From contig NW_021833258.1 in assembly GCF_006345805.1 (NCBI RefSeq), positions 62,001 to 126,000 on the forward strand: a stretch of DNA of 64,000 nucleotides, given 5' to 3'. Origin of the DNA: Octopus sinensis (lineage: Eukaryota). The position numbers and the translations under genes were made by a program. Positions 39,761-50,780 of the stretch are shown piece after piece. Positions within the stretch are counted from its first letter, which is position 1, and every line of letters begins with the position of its first letter. The notes beneath the pieces were generated by a model. The model ran no database searches and was not told the DNA's origin. It saw only the letters and a list, made by a program, of their open reading frames with translations.

Positions 39761-42275
39761 TGTCACCGGCTGGATAATGCCCTGGGTTGGATAATGCCTC
39801 CTCAACGTTATTTTAAAAAAATAAATATTTTTTCAAATTAATTTTGATTAGATTTTTTGATTTTCTTAATTATTTTAGTAGTTTATCAAAGTTTTTTTTC
39901 AAATTAATCTAGCGTGCAAATTTATTTTGGTTATCTAAGTTTTCCAATTTGAAAAATAATAAGTATAATTGATCAAATCTATATTTCAAAAATGGTTTTA
40001 CTCAACCTTACCAAAGATGAACTTGAAGTAATCAAAAATATTCAAATAGATGTTTTTTATATGGACCGATTGCAGATTTAGTGGATTTAAGAAGGTATGC
40101 TAGCCTTAATAGCGATAATGGATGGCTATTTCTTTTTGTATAAATTGTAGTTGGTTGTGGTTATAGACTCATGTTCTAAATTCGCAGTTGTAAAACTTGC
40201 CAGGCGGAAATCAGCGGAGGAAATTAGTAGAAAATTAAAGAATATTTTTTACATGATTGGTCGCCCATTTATTCTACAGACGGATAATGGGAAAGAATTT
40301 AAGAACAAATGTATGGAAACAATGTGTAATGATCTGAAAATCATACACATAAGTGGACGCCCTAAAGCACCATGGATTCAGGGTCATGTAGAAAGGCAAG
40401 TTATTTGTAAATTTATCTTTAGATTCAATCAATCGATCAAAAGGTGGATTAGCTCAACTAGTGCCTCAAATGGGTCTTTTGGAAGCTATAAAGACTTCTA
40501 TCAAGAAATCGTTTATAAATATAACATGGCGAAGCATGAAACGACCAAGAGGACACCTTTCGAAATTTTTATGGGAGGAAATAAGATCGGCGTTATTGTC
40601 ATTCGATGGAAATGAAGCGGTTGAATCAAGTCAATCGGAGATAATTGGATCTGATTATTTCGAAAACGAGGACGATTGTTTGAATCAACAAAGTGTGTAT
40701 GAAAGCCATGTTTTCGCCGGAGAAAAAATGAAAAGGAGGCGGAAATGGAAATTTAATGAAGATTTATCCGTAGGAGATAATGCCCTACTGAGACATGATA
40801 TTGATGCAAATCCAAATAATCGAAAATGCCCCTATACGATCAGATCGATTCAACTATATATGAAATATCGGAAGTTGATACAGACACGTGCGCACTTAAA
40901 GATCTGAATGACGAATCATCCAAAAATGTACACAAAAGTCCTATAAAAAAATATGAATCTTATAAAAAATTTTTATATAATAAAAATTCATGAATTTTTA
41001 ATATTTGTTTTTAAATGGTAGACCTAAAAAATTGTATAATTATAATAAAAAACGTTATTGATTCGGAAAAATTGGTGATGCCGGTTTTTGCTGACTCTTG
41101 GAAAAATTCATTCAATCAAAAAATTGATAAAAAATTGAATAAATCGACTTAATTTCATTATCAAGTTATTTTTAATTAATTATCAGGTTATTTTCGTTTG
41201 ATTTTAATAAAATTTTTAAGGGGGTATTATCCAACCCAGGGCATTATCTAGCCCAGGTGTTCTCAACCGGGGGCGAATCGCCCCCCTAGGGGCGAAAATT
41301 TTGTACAAGGGGGCGATAATTTTGTACAGGGGGGCGATAATATATTTAATAAAAAATAAAATTTATATTTATTAAAAATTGTTTAATTAGAATATTTTTA
41401 ATGGCAAGCCTAATAATTTAGACTCAAAATTTAATGAAATTACTATTCTTCTTCAAGGAAATTTTGTCAACATGATTGATTGCAAAAGAATAATGAAAAC
41501 ATTTGAAAAAAATTATTGCTTTATCGACATAATTTTTCTAAAATCAGTTTGGAAACATTTCACAACTATCTGAGATAAGTAAATATTTTAGTCAAAACAA
41601 TATTTTGACATATTGTCAACATTTGACGGAACTAGAAGCGGATATATCTCTTAGATTCAAAGATTTGTTTGATTTGGAATTTGAAGCATGGATGATTGAT
41701 CCGTTTTCATGTGTGCCAGAAGATATGAACGAAACAATCCAAGAAGAGATAATTGAATTTAAATATAATGAAGAATATATTCACAGATTTCAACAGGATG
41801 GTATCTCTAAATTTTGGCAATCAAAAGATCTACAAATGAAATTTCCAAATTTATGGAAGGAAATGAGTAATGTACTATTGACATTCCCTACCACTTATTT
41901 GGTTAAAAGTGGATTTAGTTTTGTCAATCATAATACACAATGTGAAAAAAATAGACTGGAAGTGTGTTATAGAGGCGATATACGCCTAAAGTTGAGCAGA
42001 ATTAAACCCGACATAGAATATTTAGCGAGAGTAAACATCAATATCAAGGGTCTCACTAATAATTTTAATAAAAATTCAATTTTTACATTTGATTTATAAT
42101 TTTATATTTTGATTTTTGAGTTATGTACAAAAAACAACCAATTAAGGGACAATGCCAAAAAATTTTTAAATTGTAGGTGGACAAGGGGGCGATAAAATTT
42201 CAAAGGGGGGCGACAAAATATCTAAGGGGGCGATGAACAAAAAAAGGTTGAGAATGCCTGATCTAGCCTGTGACA
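39761..42275 (+). mobile_element. Ginger-type (Gypsy-integrase-like) DNA transposon, internally deleted
   Basis: TGT...ACA termini and ~40-bp TIRs (tgtcaccggctggataatgccctgggttggataat; the right copy is split by a hAT). 5-bp TSD atcta at 39756-39760 and 42276-42280. rve integrase core (DLVDL..VIDSCSKF..ILQTDNGKEF..PWIQGHVER|FNQSIK..YNMAKHETTKRTPFEIF); no RT, gag or LTR. Confidence 0.9.
41254..42260 (+). mobile_element. Buster-type hAT deletion derivative nested in the Ginger right TIR
   Basis: TIRs caggtgttctcaacc / ggttgagaatgcctg, perfect TSD atctagcc (41246-41253 and 42261-42268), ggggcga subterminal repeats. ORF 41605-42099 (FPTTYLVKSGFS..GDIRLKLS). Confidence 0.95.
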
Positions 42276-42280
42276 ATCTA

Positions 42281-42680
42281 TTTTTATATATTCATGGGTG
42301 TTGAAAATTCTGGAAGGATTGGTGAAAAGGAAATGAAGCAACTTTTAGCATATGATTTGACGGGATTATAAGAAGCCCGAGAAAGTTAATTAGAAAATTT
42401 AATTATTGCTGGCAAAAAATGGTTGAAAAAAGAAAATGGAGATACCACGAAGAAAATATCAATGTCGGAACGACTGTGCTTTTAAGGTCTCAGCGTCAAA
42501 TTAATTTTTAGACAGAACAACGATGCCAATGTTCGGCAGAATCCACTGTACGATGGACTTGATGTTAATAAGTATATTGTTGTCGAGTGAACAAATGATC
42601 TCTATGTTATCGAAAAGGAGGACGGGGAGCGGTTACACGGAATTCATATTTCTCGAATAGCTAAAATGGATTAATTTTCA
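42281..42680 (+). mobile_element. C-terminal fragment of a second Ginger-like integrase
   Basis: FYIFMG...INVGTTVLLR|QNNDAN resembles LSVGDNALLRHDIDAN of the neighbouring Ginger. Candidate 25-nt intron at 42487-42511; a second copy lies on the minus strand at 59330-59405. Confidence 0.55.
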
Positions 42681-43439
42681 CAAATCTAGAATAAAAATAA
42701 TTTTTTTTAATGAACGATAAATTTTTTGTGAAAATTTTATTAGGATAACCTAAAATGGACTCTGACCCTGGGACATCGTCGTCTCAGTCCGATCATGTGG
42801 GCAGGATCGAACCTTTCAGAAGGATATCCGTCGCTTGATTGGGGGATCACGGGGATTATAATTAACTGGTTTACCCTGGTTTTTTGGTCATTAAATAAAT
42901 AAAAAATGGAATAGCCAACATGGCGGAGAGGATCATCGAATTGGAGAAGATGGTATGATTTGTGACATATATACTCTTCTCATAATCACTTCTATTCGTA
43001 CTCACAATTCTAGAATTATTAATTTGGTTTACGAAATTGGTTGAGCACTCTTCTCTGAGAGGCACATTATCTGTGGCTTAGTTAAATGAAGTCTATAATG
43101 AGCCAGTAACCATACGCAATTTGTGCTGGCTTGAATTTGACAAAATGAAAATTCTATTAAAAGGCATGTATCTAAACTTACAAAACAAAAAGACAAAGAA
43201 GAAAGAGATAGAATATAGTGAAGTTTTGGTACTTTTCTATTTCACGAATCACGAAAATAGGCACTAAATTAATTAATGAAAATTTATTTAAATATTAGAG
43301 GTAAAATTAAAAAAAATGAACTATGCCGATTTTGTAAAATTATAATTTTTTTAAAATAAAACTTTGAATTTTTTAATCGGTTGTGTGGATGGACGGTCAC
43401 GTTGGGATGAGAAAATACGCAAAATTGAAGGACTACGAA

Positions 43440-44240
43440 CTCCCTCTCTCTGAGATGGAGTCAGTAGGTTGGAATCATTCCAACCGAAAAGAAATGCGCC
43501 AAAAGACATCTGATGACCCTAAAGCGAGATGGTACAACTTGGGTGTGCGATAAAAGCGAGTGTCGAATTTAAAGTTCTGTCCAAAACGGTGTAATAAGAG
43601 AGTACTTTATTTTTAGGTACGTGGCTCGAAGGCACGACAGTGTCCTTAGAATCTTGTATTCGTTTTATTTATATGTGGAGCTTCGACAGACACACCATTT
43701 TATGGTGTCAGCGTCAACTGGAATGGAGTGGCCAAACGATATGTAATTGGTCTCACTCGCTGCGGGAGGTATGTGCAGCATATTTAGCAAATCGCCCGAA
43801 CAAACTGATTGGTATTATATTACATTATTAGATTGCATAGGTGGAATTGAAAATGTCGTTGAAGTTGACGAAAGTATGTTTTCGAAAAGAAAAAATAATG
43901 CGGGACGGATTCTCCCTCAACAATGGGTGTTTGGGGGAATCTGTCGTGGAACAAAAGACTGTTTCCCGGAGATGGTACCAGATCGCTCCAAAAGAACGTT
44001 AACCGCAGCGATAAAGCGAAATATCGCACCGGGTTCAGTGATACACTCTGACAAATGGAAGAGTAATTGTAATTACTTTATTCTTGTTAATAGGTTATTC
44101 AACCCCAGATCTAAATGCTCTTGCTTATGTGCACCTTACAGTTAATCACAAGTTTATTATAATTCATTTATAAATTTGCAGACGAAATTTTGTAGACCCG
44201 AAGACCGGTGCACATACCCAGACTGTTGAGATGTTCGTGT
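43440..44240 (+). mobile_element. Merlin (IS1016/ISXO2-like) transposase with four micro-introns, truncated
   Basis: Spliced: SVQNG|TWLEG..RFIYMWS..TICNWSHSLREVC..KLIG|GIENVVEVDESMFSKRKNNAGRILPQQWVFGGICR..VPDRSKRTL..I..PGSVIHSDKWKS|Y..HLTVNHK|RNFVDPKTGAHTQTVE. Introns at 43589-43616, 43812-43840, 44063-44093 and 44152-44181. Confidence 0.92.
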
Positions 44241-44849
44241 AGCAAAAATTATATACAAAAATATAGAATGTTCACATCATCATATACAGATTCACATCAC
44301 AGACAAAGATTTGTTTCTGCCAAAAGAGACATTTACTATTTGGTCAGAGTATCGATTCGACAGTAACTAAAATGAGTGGCAATGTCTATTCATTATTGTT
44401 ATGTTTATTGGTTCTTTTAATCTTCTCTTATATGAAGGGAGTCGATTTGAAGGCATCCATTAATGCTGATAAACATTATTAACAGTGATTAGTGTTTTAT
44501 GGTGTGGGACAGATGGGTTTAATGGTTAAAAAGGAGGAGACATGGACATCATCAGCATTTATTGTGTATGGCGAAGTACCCATTTTTAACAAAGTAGCCT
44601 CTCATCAATTGGACGTCAACTCATTCCTCTTCAAACTGTCCTGCTTTCGAAGTTCTTTGAAAATTCCCCTTCGCATTCCAAAGTCAGCAAGGATACAAGT
44701 TTCCAAATGTCTTACTTCATTCATCAACGTCTCACGTCTAATAGTTGGGAAGTATGCCCTCGTCTAATCAGTTTTGCCCCACTGGCGCACGGAACCCCTA
44801 TCCGCACTGGGAAAATCCACATCCTCTCGCAGAATTGATTAAAGAGAAC

Positions 44850-45370
44850 ATCAACAGAATCTCTTCACACCCAATAACAACCTTGCCCCATGTTTATCGC
44901 AAGCATTCCCAAAATAACAAAAGAACACCTCACAGGAGGACACCCTGAATGATCATGTTTGTGTCAAACTAGCCGGGCTGCCATTCGCAGTCTCAAACGA
45001 CGACAATTTCCAAATTGAACAATATTATTCCAAGCCCACCTATTTAAGGAAGGTGAAAAGGTCTTCTTAGCCATTCAACAGGACCAAGTGTCAAAAGACC
45101 AAGACTTTAGCAACCAGAAGCACATCACCTTTGCCTTGCACTCCACAAAATCATCGTATTCTCACGGCCCGGATAAAATCCCGGTCATTCTATTAAAAAA
45201 CCTTGGTGTCAAAGGAGTCAGACTCCTAACATCTATCTTCAACTATTCAATCAACAATAATGTGATTCCGTCAATATGGAAACATGCCCTAATAAGACCG
45301 ATACTGAAGCCTGGAAGACCAAGAGCAGACCCGGCATCTTTCAGGCCGATTTCTCTTTTAATTTGCACTC
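44850..45370 (+). mobile_element. jockey-like LINE RT N-terminal fragment
   Basis: SHGPDKIPVILLKNL..IFNYS..IPSIWKHALIRPILKPG..SFRPISLL. Confidence 0.85.
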
Positions 45371-45899
45371 GATTATGAAATTCTGTATTTCTGTTATTAA
45401 CAAATATCCAATCTTAGGTAAAAATGCACTGGAAGTGACAGTTCACTTTCCAACCACTTATTTATGTAAAATGGAAAAGTCTTGTTATTCTAACTAAACT
45501 GCTTTGGATTAAAATGATCCCGATTTAAAGTGATTTTTTTATGTTTGAACAGCCTCTGTTTTTGGAACAGTGGATGTTCCAAACGGAGGTTAGACTGTAA
45601 ACATATTTCTAGATTATTGAATTTTCATACAGTAAAATTTAAATAGATATAGAAATCGTCAAGAAATAGGGTTTTGTAGAAAAGTCAAAAAATGTATTGA
45701 ATAGTTAAAATGTAAAAAAGATTAAATTATTGCAAAAATAAGACCAATACAATTACAAAATATCAAATATTTTAAGAAATTCTGTAAGCAAACAATATAT
45801 TTAATCAATTTTTATACAAAATTAACCATTAATATAAGAAAATAAATTAACGAAAATAAAACAATAAGCAACAACAAAACAAAATATGCGTTTTTAAAA

Positions 45900-46620
45900 A
45901 TCAAACTTTACAATATGTTCGTAAAACCAGTCCTGCTGTACAACTCCTCCTCTTGGGCACTCAGGAAATGGAAAATCTCAATTCCTTCCACAGAATGCAG
46001 CTGAAAAAACGGATTTCAAAGGATTAAACAACAAAACGGATTTCAACATCAATATTCTTAGTAATATTGAAAACAATTGAATATATTGAATAACTTTGGA
46101 CTTGGAAAAAATGCAGTTTTTTAGAAAAATTTGTGAAATTGTAGATGTGGTCTGGCAAATGGACGGTGACGGATGTAATTGTTAGATGCGCAATATGTGA
46201 TTCAACATAACCACTTGGATGGGCGAACGAAGAAATAAAGATGGAATGCTAGTCTCTACATACAACCAAATTGATTATATTATATGCCGGATTAATGACA
46301 AACGCCCTCTCATAGACGCACGCTCATATGAAGATTTAGTCAGTGATCAGAGAGTGGTTATTGTCACCTTCACCATGGCCAAACATAAGAAACATAACAA
46401 CATTACAAACAATGTTATAATTGCAACACATTTTGAGAAATTTTACAATGTGATTAAACACCCCTAAAGGAACTAATTACAATTTTGGAAATAAAAACAG
46501 CATGTTAAAAACTAAAAAATAACAAAAGCCCTGGACTAGATACAATAAACCCAGAATTCAAAATATGGCCTTTACTTCCTTTTTGAAAAAATCGCTACAC
46601 TACTAACTTAATGTTTTCAA
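45900..46620 (+). mobile_element. Decayed RTE-like LINE fragments
   Basis: LYNMFVKPVLLYNSSSWAL; TTWMGERR..YNQIDYIICR..SDQRVV; KLKNNKSPGLD. Confidence 0.7.
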
Positions 46621-47028
46621 CTAACTCAACTTATTAACCATTGAAAGAATGAATATTTATTTGACCTAAATGACACATTAATTTTACAAAATCATAAGTA
46701 ATACCCCTATAATTTTATTTTTATAATTAATTTTTAATTAAAATCAGACAAATTCGAATTAGAGAGAGGAATTTGTGTGTTTTCGAGATTTCCGCTATAC
46801 CCAACTGGTCCGCAATAAATCACATTTGCTTTATTCAAGTCTCATATCGCAGCTCATGCCTGACAAAGTAAAATACGCGCCAAGCGAGTATTTCTCTTGA
46901 CTCCATCGCTATGAGACAATTGATGAAACTCTGAACCCGGATCACCTAAATCCACAAGTGGACTACATGATTCACAATACAGCCACGATATGCTCATTAA
47001 ATATGGCGCTAGCAAGTGAAGAAAAATG

Positions 47029-47100
47029 TCCCCGTTCGTCTAGGGGTTAAGATACCGGCCTTTCATGCCGGTGACCCGGGTTCGAATCCCGGACGGGGAA
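47029..47100 (+). tRNA. trnE-TTC: tRNA-Glu (anticodon TTC)
   Basis: Complete cloverleaf: acceptor TCCCCGT/ACGGGGA, D stem GTCT/AGAT, anticodon stem CCGGC/GCCGG with loop CT-TTC-AT, T stem CCGGG/CCCGG with TTCGAAT, discriminator A. No encoded CCA; a T-run follows. Confidence 0.95.
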
Positions 47101-47444
47101 TAATTTTATAAATTTTAAATTGAGGTAGCTTTTTTCTTTCTGCTGATTATATGGTTCTTAAATGATCCAGATTCATCCATAACTATTCCAAGATATTTTA
47201 GATTTTTCTCGGAATTTATTACTCCAATGTCAATGGGATCACGTTCCCTCTGTAATTACCAATCCAGGCAACAGTATTTTTTTAAAAGATAAAGACAAGC
47301 CTTTATTTTTACACCATCTTGCAATCTTTTTAATATGACCAAGAGTTTTTTCCATGACATTGATTTGCTCATGGAAAGATCCATAAGTAAAATTTTTTTA
47401 GGAAGAAAATATGAAAAAGTTAACACGAGTTTATAAAGAGCCTG

Positions 47445-47725
47445 GAGGTCAGCTCAAAGACGCCGCGCTGCGTATCGAATGACAGTTTCCACGGAGCACC
47501 GAGACCGAGATTCGCTGGAAGAGCCAGCTCGTCTCCCTCCGGTCGTTGGTCTTCCTGGCAATCCTCCTGGCAATGTCGGAAAGGATGCGAGTCGCAGACC
47601 TGCCGACGATTCCAGATGTTTCGAAGGGGAGGGGGACAAACTCGTAAGAGTCCGAAATACCTCCATACTTCGACCTCTTAGCCTCCTCAGCCTGAGCACT
47701 CGCAGAACCCGGGTTAGTGATAGAC
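47445..47725 (-). mobile_element. CRE-like LINE 3' end (restriction-like endonuclease)
   Basis: AQAEEAKRSKY..EFVPLPFETSGIVG..WLFQRISVSVLRGNCHSI. Confidence 0.85.
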
Positions 47726-47729
47726 TTGA

Positions 47730-48370
47730 GTAACATCGTCGCTGAGAACGAGTCAACACAAGTTGCATAAGTAAAATATCATCTACATAAATGATCATCT
47801 CCATGTTAGGATGATCCACTTTAGGAATGTAGCACATCACACAATTGAATAAAAGGACTGATTACAGATCCCTGTGGAACTCCTCTCATAAGCGAGATTT
47901 TCTTCTACAATTGATTTCCTACGTGTATGAACGATTCTCTTACCGGGAGGAAACTCTTCATCCAAACTAACGCCATCTTTCTGATATTTTAATTGTATAA
48001 AGTTTGTAATAACACGGCATGCCAGACACTGTCAAACGCTTTTGATATGTATAGACATGCGGCAGTAAGATATTCTTTTTTCTTCTGTTCAGTATAAATA
48101 GCCTCCTTTAGTCGCGAAAAGCAATTTCCAGTGCCTCCGTTACGGCGAAAATCCCATTGCGCATGCACACGGTATTGATTATCTTCAATATAAGTTGATA
48201 ATCATTCAAAATAATTTTTTCCATGATTTTTGAGATTGCGCATATGAGGCTAATTGGCCTGTAATTCGCAGGATCCGAACTCGGCCTGCCCTTCTTCGGG
48301 ATCATCCAAACAATTGTTCTCTTTCACGTTTCGGGGACATGCCCGGTTCTCCACGAAGAATTAAATAATT
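47730..48370 (-). mobile_element. jockey/CR1-like RT fragment
   Basis: IPKKG..DPANYRPISLICAISKIMEKII; ISKAFDSVWH; RGVPQGSVISPFLFN; IYVDDI. Confidence 0.85.
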
Positions 48371-48425
48371 TCCATGGTTAATATAATAAAGGCATTTCAC
48401 GTGGCGGACCTCATTAGTTGATAAA

Positions 48426-48505
48426 GTTGTTGTTCATTTTAACTAAAATGCAAAAAATATTTTTGTAATTTTCTTTGCAAGAAGATTTTAAAGATTTCAT
48501 CATCA
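48426..48505. repeat. Single diverged monomer of the 93-bp Helitron satellite
   Basis: gttgttgttcattttaactaaaatgcaaaaaatatttttgtaattttctttgcaagaagattttaaagatttcatcat aligns with the array unit. Confidence 0.75.
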
Positions 48506-49090
48506 AAGATATTTTTGATATTCAATTTTTCCCATTTCATTTTGGAATAATGTATTGGAGAGAACACTATACTAAACACACGAAGAGATAAGAGTCCGAG
48601 TTTTAAAGTCAATAGCACAGGAATTATTGTATTAGTATTTTAGCTCTAAACATTATGTTTAAACCGCATGTAAGAAAGTATAAACGTTTTCAGGGAAATT
48701 CAGTGTTAAAGTAAGAGGTACATAAACAATTGAAATGACATTATTGAAAGGAATATTGTTCGTTATAGGAATTAAAATCTTCTGAAAAGATTTCCCGCCC
48801 CCATGAAGATACGTATCATTTCTTCATCTCCACTCAAACTCAGCCAAGTATAAAGTGAAAAGTTCGCGGGATGTCCCATACATTTTCTTTAACTTTTTTT
48901 GGCGTGTGACCACGAAGACTCAATTCCTTAAGTATATGAGGAACGATTGTCTGGATCCACAAAATTCGTAGGTGCTCAGAGTAAACGAACGATTCAAGTC
49001 CATTGTACGCAGACTATTGGTCGGTGCATACAATTGATCCTGGAAGAAACGAAACGAAAAATTTTTATTTAAAAAGGCTGTTAATAGTAT

Positions 49091-49650
49091 AGATATGGGC
49101 AAACTGGGACAGGCAAGACATATACCATGGCGGGATGTGGTTCAACAGACAAAGATGACAAGGAAGGAATAATTCCACGGGAAATTGCCTCAATTTTTCA
49201 AAAAATAGCGAATTTTGTATTTGTCTATAATCATTGAAGGGTTCAAGGTGTTTTATAGTAAAGATATCGTTCATTGAATTGTTTAACGAGGAATTGGTTG
49301 ATTTATTGTTGAATGAGTCAAACAAATTATATATCTACGACGATACTATTAACAAAGAGGCAGTTATCGTTAAAGGAGTTAAAGGAATGGAAATTTCTAG
49401 TCTTGATGAATTTTGATGCCTTTTTAAACTAGTAGTTTTTAAATGGAAAACATGTTCGATCACATCGAATGAGCGATCAAGGTTTTTTGACATGATTTTA
49501 TAATACAGTCGGTCATTTTTACTATCAAAGTGTATATTCGGACTGGAAGGTCTAAGGAAATATTGAGAGTCGGGAAATTTAATTTGGTCGATTTAGCAAG
49601 GTCAGAAAATATAAATCGAACAAATTCTAATTCTCACCTAAATGGTAAGG
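49091..49650 (+). pseudogene. Kinesin motor-domain fragment, most like kinesin-5 (BimC/Eg5/KIF11); unprocessed pseudogene
   Basis: YGQTGTGKTYTM (P-loop), GIIPR, VKISFIELFNEELVDLL, IYDD..K..VIVKG, NERSS|RS, GKFNLVDLARSENI. Introns at 49217-49239 and 49482-49508; a stop, frameshifts and the DLAGSE>DLARSE change. Confidence 0.88.
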
Positions 49651-49859
49651 AAACCTTGTTAATGTATTGCAATTTTTATTAAAAATTTATACGTAAAGGA
49701 CTGAAAAAGGAAAAATTCTCATCGAAAAAATATAAAGCATAGAAAACGTCTCCAAGATAAAAGAACACAACATTAGGCACATTATCCCTGTGAGACTTGG
49801 TCTGATGTGGTCTTCGTGGGGTTGTGGCAATGCAAGAGTTTACGGACTCTTCTGGTCGA

Positions 49860-50780
49860 TTTGCGTTGTCCGAGCAGGTGGGGTCCGCCACATTGCCGTT
49901 GGAAACTACTTCAGAAAGCTAGCAGCTAAAATTGCATGGAGCCTTGCCTGTTCGAGAATATCTGATGAATTTACCCCTCCCAACTTGGAGTTTGTGTAAA
50001 GAACAAGGTGATTTTTCATACAGAAAAAAATATTTAAAATTAATTATTTTCAATATTTATATTGATAATTTATGATAGATGTTTTTAGTCTCGCGATCTA
50101 ATTGTATAGCAAAAATTCGATTAGAATAAATTAGTCATTAATAAAAAAATTCTCTCAACAATGTTTACAAATAATCAATGCCATCAATTCACTTCTAAAG
50201 GATCAAGTCTTCACTTGTTATTGGGGAAAAGATTATTTTTCTGAAACTGAAATTTAACAAGCGACCCTCTTGAACACTTCTTTTTGCTTTGGCAATTGAT
50301 GAATGTTAAATAAACAAAAAATTATTTTTATTGGAACTTAATAAAGTAACGAATTTTCTTTTTTTGCTTTGGCAATCGACGAAACTGTCCGCTCTATCAG
50401 CACGGAGCTGAACCTCTGGTATCTTGATAATGTTACGATTGGAGGACCGGGGAAAAAAGTTTTTGACGCCCTGTCACAAGTCGTGACTGCACTACGAAAA
50501 ATCGGATTTGATGTAAATATAAATATCACATAGAGGGTGCCCACTAAGCGAAAAGGAACTGCGGTGCCATCTACTGCAAAAAATAAGAAACTTTCTAAGT
50601 TACGGGGGAACTCTCCTTACTCAATGTTTATACTGCATTTTTCCTTTTGAAAAATAGAATTGGCTTGCCTAAACTACAATACGTTCTCCGGTGATCTACT
50701 TGCTTTGAACATCGGGACATCCTACACTTACTGGATAGGACTTTTAGAAATTCAGCTGAAGCGCTCTTGAACATCCACTT
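49860..50780 (+). mobile_element. Scattered CRE-like RT fragments
   Basis: GGVRHIAVGNYFRKLAAK..QLGV; FALAIDETVRSISTELNLWYLDNVTIGG; LLKNRIGLPKLQYVLR. Confidence 0.75.

Noticed and set aside
40151-40907. LTR retrotransposon or Maverick origin for the integrase
   Set aside because: No LTR, gag, RT, RNase H or polB. It has short TGT..ACA TIRs, a TSD and an intron, which fits Ginger.
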